A DNA stretch of 64,000 bases from Clostridia bacterium. GTDB lineage: Bacteria; Bacillota; Clostridia; Oscillospirales; CAG-272. The notes beneath the pieces are model-generated. The model was not told where the DNA came from. It saw only the letters and a program-made list of their open reading frames with translations, and made no database searches. A program made the position numbers and the translations under genes. This document shows, in pieces, positions 18,689-28,439 of the stretch; position 1 is the stretch's first letter, and each line of letters opens with the position of its first letter. Location: NCBI GenBank assembly GCA_017472695.1, contig JAFUOQ010000016.1, positions 25,944 to 89,943 of the forward strand, read 5' to 3'.

Positions 18689-19444
18689 TTATTGAGCTGC
18701 CTCAACTATAATTGAGAAATCCTTTGCTTTAAGTGAAGCGCCACCGATAAGACCACCGTCAACATTTTCTTTAGCAAGGAGCTCTGCTGCGTTGCCTGCG
18801 TTCATTGATCCGCCATATTGAATAATAATCTTTTCTGCTGCATCAGCACCATAGAGAGCTTTAATTGTATTTCTGATAACACCACAAGTTTCATCAGCCT
18901 GTTCTGGTGTTGCTGTAAGACCTGTGCCGATAGCCCAAACTGGCTCATATGCGATAATAACTTGTGCGAGCTGCTCCTCTGTGACATCCTTAAGAGCGAG
19001 CTTTGTCTGCATTGAAACGATTTCGTCTGTAATTCCATTAAGTCTTTCGTCCTTAACCTCACCAAGGCAAAGAAGAACCTTCATACCAGCATTAATAGCT
19101 GCCTTTGTGCGAAGGTTAACAGTTGTGTCTGTCTCACCAAAGTATTGTCTTCTTTCACTATGACCAACGATTACATATTCAACACCGCATTCTTTAAGCA
19201 TGCTTGCTGAAATTTCGCCTGTGAACGCGCCCTTTTCCTCAAAGTGAACATTTTCTGCACCGATTTTGATATTAGAGCCTTTAGCTGCCTCTTGTGCTGC
19301 GTAGATGTCTACAAATGGTACGCAGAAAATAATATCGCAATTATCCTTACCAGCAACAAGTGGCTTTGTTTCCTCGATAAGAGCCTTTGCTTGTGATGGT
19401 GTCATATTCATTTTCCAGTTTCCTGCAATTACTTTTCTTCTCAT
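18689..19444 (-). CDS. tpiA: Triose-phosphate isomerase
   Basis: 251 aa with AGNWKMN, VGHSERR and AYEPVWAIGTG motifs. Confidence 0.95.
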   Translation of the reverse strand: MRRKVIAGNWKMNMTPSQAKALIEETKPLVAGKDNCDIIFCVPFVDIYAAQEAAKGSNIKIGAENVHFEEKGAFTGEISASMLKECGVEYVIVGHSERRQYFGETDTTVNLRTKAAINAGMKVLLCLGEVKDERLNGITDEIVSMQTKLALKDVTEEQLAQVIIAYEPVWAIGTGLTATPEQADETCGVIRNTIKALYGADAAEKIIIQYGGSMNAGNAAELLAKENVDGGLIGGASLKAKDFSIIVEAAQ

Positions 19445-19616
19445 TGTTTTTCTCCTATATTCTCAATGCACATTCATATGAACAAATGTGCATATTTTTT
19501 ATTTATTGTTAAATTTTGATTTAAAAATTTGCCGTTGAACCCCTGTTCTTATTGGATTTTTGCCATTTTTACGGGCAAAAGCCAAACGCATAATAGCGTT
19601 TGGCTAAAGACCGAAA

Positions 19617-20912
19617 TTATTTATCTTGTAGGCAAGCAATGCCTGGGAGCTCAAGACCCTCAAGGAATTCAAGTGATGCTCCGCCACCTGTTGAGATGTG
19701 AGTCATCTTGTCAGCAAAGCCAAGCTTTTCAACAGCAGCTGCAGAGTCGCCACCACCGATAATGGAGATAGCACCACTTTCTGCTACTGCATTAGCAACG
19801 CACTCTGTTCCTGCTGCAAAGTTCTTCCATTCAGAAACGCCCATAGGGCCATTCCAAACAACTGTGCCTGCGCCCTTAATAGCATCGCTAAAGAGAGCTT
19901 GTGTCTTTGGACCAATATCGAGTCCCATCCAACCGTCAGGAATCTCGTTAGAGTTGCAGAACATTGATTCTGTATTCTCGTCATATTCCTTGCCGAGCTT
20001 GTTATCAATAGGAATTAAGAGCTTAACACCCTTTGCCTCTGCCTTAGCCATCATTTCCTTTGCAAGGTCAACCTTGTCATCCTCGCAGAGTGATGTACCA
20101 ACATTGTAGCCGAGTGCCTTAAAGAATGTATAAGCCATACCGCCACCGATGATAAGTGTATCAACCTTTTCAATAAGGTTGTTAATAACTCCAATTTTAT
20201 CAGAAACCTTTGCACCGCCAAGAATAGCAACGAATGGTCTCTTTGGATCAGCAAGTGCCTTACCCATAATGCCGATTTCCTTTTGAATAAGGTAACCGCA
20301 AACTGCTGGGAGGTAATCAGCAACACCAGCTGTTGTTGCGTGTGCACGGTGAGCTGTACCAAATGCATCGTTTACATAAACATCAGCGTACTCAGAAAGT
20401 TCTTTTGCAAATTCTGGGTTATTCTTTGTTTCTCTTGCGTCGAAACGAACGTTCTCAAGAAGAACAGCCTTGCCGTTTTCAAGAGCGGCAACCTTTGCCT
20501 TTGCATCGTCACCTACGATGTCCTCTGCAAATGTAACAACACCACCAAGAAGCTCGTTAAGTCTGTCAGCAACTGGTTTAAGGGTAAACTTCTGCTTGTC
20601 GCCAAGAGCCTTCTTCAAAAGCTCTGCTGTAGCTGCAGCTCTTTCAGCCTCTGGAAGCTCCTCAACCTTTTTCTTTTCCTTCTTTGTAAGTCCAAAGCCC
20701 TCAGTCAAAATGCTGTGTGGCTTACCCATATGTGAGCAAAGCACAACCTTTGCGCCCTTATCAAGAAGATACTTGATTGTTGGCAAAGCGCCGATGATTC
20801 TCTTATCGCTTGTGATAACGCCGTCCTTGAGAGGAACATTAAAGTCACATCTAACGAGGACTCTTTTTCCTTCAACATTGATGTCTTCAATTGTTTTCTT
20901 GTTGTAGGTCAT
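19617..20912 (-). CDS. pgk: Phosphoglycerate kinase (with an internal ~35-40 aa Lys/Glu/Ala-rich insertion)
   Basis: 431 aa with [19 protein letters not shown] and GGGDSAAA motifs. Extra segment after SHMGKP (see findings). Confidence 0.93.
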   Translation of the reverse strand: MTYNKKTIEDINVEGKRVLVRCDFNVPLKDGVITSDKRIIGALPTIKYLLDKGAKVVLCSHMGKPHSILTEGFGLTKKEKKKVEELPEAERAAATAELLKKALGDKQKFTLKPVADRLNELLGGVVTFAEDIVGDDAKAKVAALENGKAVLLENVRFDARETKNNPEFAKELSEYADVYVNDAFGTAHRAHATTAGVADYLPAVCGYLIQKEIGIMGKALADPKRPFVAILGGAKVSDKIGVINNLIEKVDTLIIGGGMAYTFFKALGYNVGTSLCEDDKVDLAKEMMAKAEAKGVKLLIPIDNKLGKEYDENTESMFCNSNEIPDGWMGLDIGPKTQALFSDAIKGAGTVVWNGPMGVSEWKNFAAGTECVANAVAESGAISIIGGGDSAAAVEKLGFADKMTHISTGGGASLEFLEGLELPGIACLQDK

Positions 20913-21018
20913 TTTTATATTCTCCTATTTTTTATTATCTAGTTTAATGGAAAAATCTGACTTTCCAAATTTTTCGCAAATATTATAACACATATTAAAT
21001 AAATTATCAACAGTTTTT

Positions 21019-21858
21019 TTATTTAAATACAAAATAATACACTAAAAGTATGATACCGAATATTATTCTATACCATCCAAAGGATTCAAAGGTGTGCTTC
21101 TTTACAAAGTCCATCAAGAATTTAATAACACCGAGAGAAACCAAAAAAGCAGTTAAGGTTCCTACAAAAATTATTAAAATCTCGGTAGCCGTCAAGGAAA
21201 TATCGTCGACAAGAAATGCCTTGGCACCTTTTAAAAGTGTTGCGCCTGCCATTACCGGAATTGCAAGAAAAAACGAAAATTCAGCAGCTGCAGTTCTTGA
21301 CACACCAATCAAGGAAGCACCAAGAATCGTAGAGCCTGAGCGGGATGTGCCAGGGATTAATGATAAAACCTGAAAGCAACCAACCTTAAAAGAAGTTTTA
21401 TTATCAAGCTCATAAACAGAATTGTATTTGTATTTTTTCTTTTTATTTGCTCTTTCAATAAGAATGAAAGCAACACCATAAACAATAAGTGCCATTGCAA
21501 CGACTACAAAATTATAAAATTTGCTTTCGAGCCAGTCGTCAAGCAAAACTCCTATTATAGCAGCAGGTAAAACAGCGATGATTACCTTTTTCCAAAGAGA
21601 TACTGTTTCGTGCTTAAATGCGACACGTCCCCCAACTTTTTTAAAAGGATTCAGCTTATTAAAGAACAAAATTATAACTGCCAAGATAGAACCAAGTTGA
21701 GTAACAACCTCAAAAAGCTCCCATGCACCATCACTTATATTGAGATTGACAAATTCATTAGCAATAATCATGTGTCCAGTACTTGAAACTGGAAGCCATT
21801 CTGTTATGCCCTGAACAATGCCTATGAAAATAGACTTTAAAATCTCTACAAAAAGCAT
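21019..21858 (-). CDS. uppP: Undecaprenyl-diphosphate phosphatase
   Basis: 279 aa polytopic membrane protein with GIVQGITEWLPVSSTGHM and PGTSRSGSTI motifs of BacA/UppP. Confidence 0.92.
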   Translation of the reverse strand: MLFVEILKSIFIGIVQGITEWLPVSSTGHMIIANEFVNLNISDGAWELFEVVTQLGSILAVIILFFNKLNPFKKVGGRVAFKHETVSLWKKVIIAVLPAAIIGVLLDDWLESKFYNFVVVAMALIVYGVAFILIERANKKKKYKYNSVYELDNKTSFKVGCFQVLSLIPGTSRSGSTILGASLIGVSRTAAAEFSFFLAIPVMAGATLLKGAKAFLVDDISLTATEILIIFVGTLTAFLVSLGVIKFLMDFVKKHTFESFGWYRIIFGIILLVYYFVFK

Positions 21859-21919
21859 AGTTTTCTCCTTTTAAAAATGCATTTTTATGCGACACGTGTC
21901 GATATTTTGATGTTTTGAG

Positions 21920-23155
21920 TTAGTTTTCTGCTGAACGAACAATATCGCCCATTTTTACCTCATATGGCACTTTCATTTTAAATTCCATAGATGGATGAGG
22001 GGCAGAATCAATCTTTTCTCCGTTTGGAAGACGTAAATCAGTTGCTATAAACCTCTTTCCAACCTCGCCAGGAGTGATAATCTCACAAGCATCGCCCTCT
22101 TTAATTTTGTTTCTTTGAGTAAAATACGACCACTCCCCCTCGCGTTTTTCAGTTGCAACGCATAAATATGCCTTTTCACGAAGGTAGCCGTTTTGTGTAA
22201 CTGTTTGTGGGTTTTTCATAGGGTCATCATAGTAAAAGCCTGTTGCGTATTCACGATGGCTAACGCTCTCAAGCTCACGTAGCCAAAGAGGATTATACTT
22301 ATATTCGTCGGGATTTTTAAGGTATTCATTTATTGCCATTTTATAAGTGTTTGCACAAATAGCGGTATAATACGCACTCTTCATTCTGCCCTCTATTTTA
22401 AAGCTATCAATTCCACTTTTCATTAAGTCTTCTATATGCTCAATCATGCACATATCCTTTGAGGACATAACAAACGAGCCCTCCTTGTATTCCTCAATAT
22501 TCAGCTCGTCACCAAGGCGCTTTTCCTCGGCAAACGAGAGAGGATATGCATTTTTATAATTCCATCTACAAGGTTGTGCACACGCGCCACGATTTGCATC
22601 TCTGCCTGTGTAATAGTTAGACAAAAGACATCTACCACTATATGATATGCACATTGAACCATGAATAAAACATTCAAGCTCTAATGATTTTGGCGTGTTT
22701 CTTCTAATCTCGTTGATTTCCTCGAGAGAAAGCTCACGGGCGAGCACCACGCGCTTTGCACCCATTTTATGCCACGCAGTTGCTGTGGCAGAGGACACGA
22801 TGCTTGCTTGAGTTGAGATGTGTATTTCCATATTAGGAATTGTTTCCCTTGCAAGGATAAAAACACCAAGATCTGAAATGATGAGCGCATCAACGCCTAT
22901 TCTATCGTATTCCAAAAGATATTTTTTTAGTCTTTGATACTCATTTGTGTGAGGCATTGTATTTACCGTCACATACAATTTTACCCCGTGGAAGTGTGCG
23001 TATTGCGTTGCTTGTTCAAGCTCCTCTAGAGTGAAGTTATCAGCGGCGGCACGCATACCGAACATATCAGATGCTAAATAAACTGCATCCGCCCCGTACA
23101 GAATAGCCGCCTTCATTTTTTCAAAATTGCCCGCAGGGCAAAGTAGTTCTTTCAT
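21920..23155 (-). CDS. Peptidase U32 family protein
   Basis: U32 signature-like EIHISTQAS and CISYSGRCLLS segments. Homologues start at MK-ELL-PAGN, so I prefer the internal ATG at 23155 over the ORF-track start at 23188. Confidence 0.85.
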   Translation of the reverse strand: MKELLCPAGNFEKMKAAILYGADAVYLASDMFGMRAAADNFTLEELEQATQYAHFHGVKLYVTVNTMPHTNEYQRLKKYLLEYDRIGVDALIISDLGVFILARETIPNMEIHISTQASIVSSATATAWHKMGAKRVVLARELSLEEINEIRRNTPKSLELECFIHGSMCISYSGRCLLSNYYTGRDANRGACAQPCRWNYKNAYPLSFAEEKRLGDELNIEEYKEGSFVMSSKDMCMIEHIEDLMKSGIDSFKIEGRMKSAYYTAICANTYKMAINEYLKNPDEYKYNPLWLRELESVSHREYATGFYYDDPMKNPQTVTQNGYLREKAYLCVATEKREGEWSYFTQRNKIKEGDACEIITPGEVGKRFIATDLRLPNGEKIDSAPHPSMEFKMKVPYEVKMGDIVRSAEN

Positions 23156-23265
23156 TATCTTACCCGTTTTCAAAAGTTTTCCATACATAATTATTTTAAC
23201 ATATAATATTATTTATGTCAATAAAAAAGCGAGCTTCAAAGAGCTCGCTTTCAATATTGCTTTTC

Positions 23266-24665
23266 TTACATTGAAATGAAGAAGAAACGTAGTAGGAATA
23301 GTGCAGCTATAATTGTAACTGTGATATCCTTCTTTTGATATTTACCTGTGAAAAGTCTGATAAGAACATATGAAATAGCGCCGATAGCGATACCATTTGA
23401 AATTGAGTATGTAAGTGGCATCATAACAAGTGTTAAAAATGCAGGTATCGCGCTTGCAATATCGTCCATATCAACCTTTGCAAAGCCCTTAAGCATAAGA
23501 ACGCCAATGTAGATAAGTGCTGGAGCTGTTGCACAAGCAGGAATAATTGTTGCAATTGGTGTTAGGAATAGACAAACAAAGAAGCAAGCAGCTGTGATGA
23601 GTGAGGCAAAGCCTGTACGTCCACCGACGCCAACGCCTGCACTTGACTCAACGAATGTTGTACATGTTGATGTACCGAGAGCTGCACCAGTAACTGTTGC
23701 AATTGAATCCGCATTCATTGATTGCTTCATATTAATTGGGTCGCCGTTTTCGTCAAGCATATTAGCTTGAGATGCCGCACCATAAAGTGTTCCCATAGTG
23801 TCAAACATATCAACTAATGAGAATGTAATAACAAGCATAATTGCACTAAGTATTACACCAATTGTTGTTTCATTGCCTTCGGCAACAAAGATTGTGCCAA
23901 AGCCCTTAAATGCGCCAAGCAAGCCTTCTTTGCCAAAAGCAACGAATGAATCGCCAATGCTTGTAAAGTCAAACACAGGAGCTTGCCATGTAACAAGATA
24001 ATAAAGAACTGTTGAGCCAAGGATTGTTAAAATAACAGAGCCTTTAACCTTAAATTTGGAAAGCACACCCATTACAATAAGGCCGAGAATAGCAATTAAA
24101 ACAGGTGCTATTGCACGCCAACCAGCAAGTGGAGAATCAGCATTTGCCCATGCACCATGAAAATCAAAGAATTGAACAAGTGTGTATTTATTTGGTTGAA
24201 TAATTCCAACATTCTGGAAGCCAAGGAATGCAATAAACAAGCCGATACCAGCGGGAATTGCCTTCTTTAGGTTGTCTGGAAGTGCTTTTGCAATGTATTG
24301 TCTTAGACCGGTAAATGAAAGTATCATAAATAAGATACCGGAAAGAAGAATGAGTTAAGTCCCATACCACACGCTTGTGCGAATGGCATCTTTGCATAGA
24401 ATGCATAAAGAAGCGTTCCAATTACTGCAACCAAGATAGAAGCAACATAAACTGAGAGCCAAATGGTATTGAGCTCACCAAAGCGATTGAAGCTAACAAT
24501 TTGGTTAGGGTTTGTTACCACTATGTACGCCATAGCGAAGAATGTTGTAAGACCTGCTATTATTTCGGTCTTGAATGTTGAGCCACGTTCGGAAATCATA
24601 AAGTACTTATCAAGCTTTTGCTTAAATGGCACTTTTTGTTTTGGGCTCTTTTGTTGATTGTCCAT
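23266..24665 (-). pseudogene. NCS2/AzgA-family purine (adenine/guanine/hypoxanthine) permease, split into 113-aa and 353-aa ORFs
   Basis: The N-terminal ORF ends ...AQACGMGLNSFFFPVSYL*. The second frame resumes LILLSGILFMILSFTGLRQ. About 20 residues normally found between the GMGLN motif and the next helix are missing and the frame changes. Confidence 0.7.
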
Positions 24666-24741
24666 ATTTTTCTCCTTCTAGGTTGGAAAATATTGTTTAA
24701 CCCAACCCTTGATAATATATTACCATATTATTAGACATTTT

Positions 24742-24924
24742 TCAATGTATTTTTGAAATTGAATTTACAAAATTATTAATTTCTCTCACAGTTTTTATAT
24801 TTTTCGACTTTTCAATAATTTCATCCTGTTTTTCGTTGCTCATTTTCAAAAAAGCATTCATCGACTCTGCATTGTGTGCTAGCGCCATTTGAAACACAAG
24901 TGGCATTTTGTTTTCCTCGCTCAT
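24742..24924 (-). CDS. Small hypothetical protein (60 aa)
   Basis: ORF preceded by AAGGGG. Lies immediately upstream of the permease on the same strand. No domain recognised. Confidence 0.4.
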   Translation of the reverse strand: MSEENKMPLVFQMALAHNAESMNAFLKMSNEKQDEIIEKSKNIKTVREINNFVNSISKIH

Positions 24925-25008
24925 CCTTGACCCCTTGCCTAAAATTGAATTTATAGTTATATTTTTATCATATGTCTATATAATTATATATGGCAATTTT
25001 TTCACCTC

Positions 25009-25037
25009 TTGACAAATTCAATGTTTTCTATTATAAT
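25009..25037 (+). promoter_or_regulatory. Sigma-A type promoter of rnpB
   Basis: TTGACA (25009-25014), 17-nt spacer, TATAAT (25032-25037). The RNA P1 stem starts about 7 nt downstream. Confidence 0.8.
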
Positions 25038-25043
25038 AACTAT

Positions 25044-25409
25044 CGAACTAGGTTGGACGGTTGCGCATTACCATGCCGAAAGGTAGTAGTGTGAGGAAAG
25101 TCCGTGCTTCGCAGGGCAGGATAGCTGATAACGTCAGCCAGAGGTGACTCTCGGGAAAGTGCAACAGAAAATTACCGCCTCGCAAGAGGTAAGGATGAAA
25201 ACGCGAGGTAAGAGCTCACGATGCGCTATGGTAACATAGAGCAGGTGTAAACCCTATCTGAAGCAACACCGCATATGGAAATTTTATTTGCCCGATAAGG
25301 CTTTTTGCCGTTCCCATGGGTGGCATGCATTTTTGCAGAGCCTTGTGGTGACACAAGGCAAAGATAGATGACCGTCGAATACAGAACACGGCTTATAGAC
25401 TTAGTTCAC
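25044..25409 (+). ncRNA. rnpB: RNase P RNA, bacterial class A
   Basis: Universal GAGGAAAGTCCG, AGTGCAACAGAAA, GGTAAGAGC.CAC, GGTAAACCC and ACAGAACACGGCTTAT blocks in the order seen in E. coli M1 RNA. The 5' GAACTAGG pairs with the 3' CTTAGTTC (P1). Confidence 0.93.
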
Positions 25410-25416
25410 TTAATAT

Positions 25417-25455
25417 GGAAACACTTAGCCTAAAGCTGAGTGTTTTCTATTTTTG
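25417..25455 (+). terminator. Intrinsic terminator of rnpB
   Basis: 13-bp stem ggaaacacttagc / gctgagtgttttc (two G-U pairs) followed by TATTTTTG. Confidence 0.8.
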
Positions 25456-25557
25456 TATATACTTTTTTGCCGTGTTCTGCGGGGCACGCAAAGTCGCATA
25501 GAGCCCGATTATGTAACAAAAAAACAGACACTGCCCAGAGGGAGTGTCTGCTTTTTT

Positions 25558-26358
25558 CTATTTTTCATTTGAGTTATAGGTCAAGATAGCTTTTAAAAAA
25601 TCAATTTCATCATCAATGTTTTTATCAAACACTGCTGGCTTGCATATTGCAATTATTGTATCCTCTGGCAAAATTTGAAGCTCCTTGCTGGATTTTGCAA
25701 ATGCTGTTTTGTGGAGATATATTCCACAGTCGCCATACATAATATCGCTATATTTTTCTGCATTCTCACCGAGAATTTCTGAAATTGTACAGAAATTACT
25801 CTTCATTTTGTCGTAAAGCTCTTTATCAATCAAGGTAAGGTTATATTCACTCATGCGCAAGGTGTTTGAAACCTGTGATATATCATCGTCAGAATAAGCC
25901 TTGTTTTCGTCGAATTCCTCGCCACGGCTTTGCGCGTATTTTCTGTCCTCTTCCTTTTTTTCTTCTGCCGTTTTGTAGGTATTTTGCGTTATTGTAATCT
26001 CTTTTTCGCCATCACCATCGTAGTCGTTTACAAGCTCGCTAAATGCCCTATCTAGCAAATGATGCTCGGCATCGCCTATAGTGAAAGGGCCGTTGTACGA
26101 AATTCTCATATCAGGTCTATCCTTGAAGATAATACTTGCCAAAAGAGCTATACCAAGAATTACAAAAAACGATGTAATAAGAACTGCCCACTTGTGCTTA
26201 TACCACAAATTTGCAAAGAAGTTGCCCTTCGTTATTTCCATTGATGTGTCGTGAATCTTGCTGTCGTTTTCTACTCCCAAAAGGCGTTGTCGCCTTGCCT
26301 CATTTGATTCAAGCTCGGTTGAGGGAGTGTCTAAATTTTCATCTTTTCTTTCTTCCAT
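25558..26358 (-). CDS. Hypothetical single-pass membrane protein
   Basis: 266 aa. Acidic N-terminus, one TM helix (WAVLITSFFVILGIALLASIIF), extracytoplasmic domain with no recognised motif. Confidence 0.6.
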   Translation of the reverse strand: MEERKDENLDTPSTELESNEARRQRLLGVENDSKIHDTSMEITKGNFFANLWYKHKWAVLITSFFVILGIALLASIIFKDRPDMRISYNGPFTIGDAEHHLLDRAFSELVNDYDGDGEKEITITQNTYKTAEEKKEEDRKYAQSRGEEFDENKAYSDDDISQVSNTLRMSEYNLTLIDKELYDKMKSNFCTISEILGENAEKYSDIMYGDCGIYLHKTAFAKSSKELQILPEDTIIAICKPAVFDKNIDDEIDFLKAILTYNSNEK

Positions 26359-26367
26359 TTTTTCCTC

Positions 26368-27057
26368 TTACTTTAAGATTTTTTCTCTTTCCTCTTGCTC
26401 TTTTTTAGATTCTTCCCTCACCTTTGGTATTGGCAAATTCCACTTAAATCTAAATGCGAGCATCCTTATGGTTATTATTATAATTATAGTTATTATAATC
26501 GAGACAATCTTGGGCATTTTATCGTAAGTAAATACAAGGAAGCATGATGCTATAATAACCGGAATTAAATATATGTGCTTTCTAAATACGCTAGGAATTT
26601 CTGCAGCGCAAATATCTCTTAAAATTCCGCCACCGGCGCCCGTTATGCAACCCGCAAAAACAAGAAGCACAAAGCCTGTTTTTCCATGTTCAATAGCGCT
26701 TTCCACACCTAGAACCACGAATGAAGCAAGACCTAGCGCATCAGTAAACTCAATAATAAAGCTATGCTGATGCTTATTCATAAATTTGCCAATCGGCTCG
26801 ATAAATCCGAGATGATAGCAAACAATACAGGTTATAATACAAACCGCCGCAAGATAATAGTATTCTTTATTCACCAAAATATTTGGTGGTATTCTGCCTA
26901 TTATCATATCGCGAATAAAGCCTCCACCAAAGCAGGTGAGCAAGGAAAACACAAGCGCGCCTATAATATCAGTTCTCTTTCTTACCGCATAAATTGTTGC
27001 GGAAATAGCAAAGGAAACGGCACCGACATATTGCAAAACGATAAGAAATACATCCAT
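26368..27057 (-). CDS. Trimeric intracellular cation channel (TRIC / UPF0126) family protein
   Basis: 229 aa with two UPF0126 repeats and the conserved GGGFIRD / GGGILRD glycine motifs. Lys/Glu-rich C-terminal tail. Confidence 0.82.
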   Translation of the reverse strand: MDVFLIVLQYVGAVSFAISATIYAVRKRTDIIGALVFSLLTCFGGGFIRDMIIGRIPPNILVNKEYYYLAAVCIITCIVCYHLGFIEPIGKFMNKHQHSFIIEFTDALGLASFVVLGVESAIEHGKTGFVLLVFAGCITGAGGGILRDICAAEIPSVFRKHIYLIPVIIASCFLVFTYDKMPKIVSIIITIIIIITIRMLAFRFKWNLPIPKVREESKKEQEEREKILK

Positions 27058-27078
27058 TTCTTTTGTCCCTTATATCTA

Positions 27079-28323
27079 TTAGATTTTATGTATTAGCAAG
27101 CCACTACGAAGCTTTGGCTCGAACCAAGTAGACTTTGGAGGCATAACATCTCCATCATCCGCAACTGCCATTAAATCATCTAGTGAGGTTGGATACATAG
27201 AAATTGCCATTTTCATATCCTTATTGCATCTTTCCTCTAAATATTTAAGACCTCGAATACCGCCTGCAAAATCAATACGTTTATCTGTTCTTGGGTCACC
27301 TATTCCTAAAATGTCTGACAAAAGGTATTTTTGCAAAATTGCACAGTCAAGACGTTCAACTGCCTTACTTGATGAGCAAAGCTCCTTGTAAAACTCGAGC
27401 TTGTACCATTTTTTGCCCACATAAATACCAACAGTATGCTTCTTTTCTGGGCGATATTGTCCCTCTCCCTTATATTCAGTAAGAGTGCCAATCTTTTCCT
27501 CTAGAATTTTGAGAAAATCCTCTACCCTGTGTCCGTTTAAGTCCTTTAAAAGTCTATTGTAGTCAAGAATTTTAAGGGTAGATGCTGGGAAAATTACAGA
27601 GAGGAAGTAGTTAAACTCCTCGCTTCCATTATAGCTTGGGTTTTCTTTTCTCCTCTTTACTCCTACCTTAACAGCGGATGCACATCTATGGTGACCATCT
27701 GCAATATATAATGCATCAAGAGATGCAAATGCGGACTCAATTTTCTTATCAACCTCATCATTTGAGGTAGTCCAAACAGTATGTCTTACTCCATCCTCGG
27801 CAACAAAATCATAAAGTGGAGCTTTTTTAGTTTCTTCATTTATAATTTCATCAAGCGCTACACTATTCTTATATGCCAAAAAGATTGGACCTGTGTGTGC
27901 AGAGCAAGTATCAACGTGCCTAATTCTATCCAGTTCCTTATCAGCTCTAGTAAACTCGTGCTTTTTAATTCTATTCTCCAAATAATCGTCAATTGAGGCA
28001 CAACCAACAATTCCTGTTTGGCTCTGCTCACCCATTATTTGGCGATAGAAATAATATCTTTTTTTCTCGTCATTTATGTAAATACCATCGCTTTCAAATT
28101 TTTCAAGCATTTCCTTGGCGGTATTATAAACAACATCACTATAAATATCTATACCCTTTTCCAGGTTTATCTCCGCCCTGTCAATTCTCAAAAACGAGTA
28201 AGGGTTATCCTTTACCATTTCTCTTGCCTCAGAGCTTGACATTACGTCATATGGCAGGGCTGCACATTTTTCAACCAACTCGCACGCCGGTCTTAACGCA
28301 TTAAAAGGTTTTACTGTAATCAT
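27079..28323 (-). CDS. DUF1015 domain protein
   Basis: 414 aa. The N-terminus MITVKPFNALRP and ADGHHR motif are typical of DUF1015. Confidence 0.8.
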   Translation of the reverse strand: MITVKPFNALRPACELVEKCAALPYDVMSSSEAREMVKDNPYSFLRIDRAEINLEKGIDIYSDVVYNTAKEMLEKFESDGIYINDEKKRYYFYRQIMGEQSQTGIVGCASIDDYLENRIKKHEFTRADKELDRIRHVDTCSAHTGPIFLAYKNSVALDEIINEETKKAPLYDFVAEDGVRHTVWTTSNDEVDKKIESAFASLDALYIADGHHRCASAVKVGVKRRKENPSYNGSEEFNYFLSVIFPASTLKILDYNRLLKDLNGHRVEDFLKILEEKIGTLTEYKGEGQYRPEKKHTVGIYVGKKWYKLEFYKELCSSSKAVERLDCAILQKYLLSDILGIGDPRTDKRIDFAGGIRGLKYLEERCNKDMKMAISMYPTSLDDLMAVADDGDVMPPKSTWFEPKLRSGLLIHKI

Positions 28324-28439
28324 TTTTTACCTCTTATAAAATTATTTTAACTCTTTTGTTGCACTACACTTTAAGTATATAGCTTTTTTTATTTATTGTC
28401 AATATTTTATATAAAAAGAGGGTGCTTGCCCCTCTTTTA

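Noticed and set aside
24666-24741. Looked for a purine riboswitch upstream of the purine permease
   Set aside because: The 76-nt spacer is too short and lacks the conserved purine-riboswitch core (no TATA..GG..C/T..CTACC-type junction).
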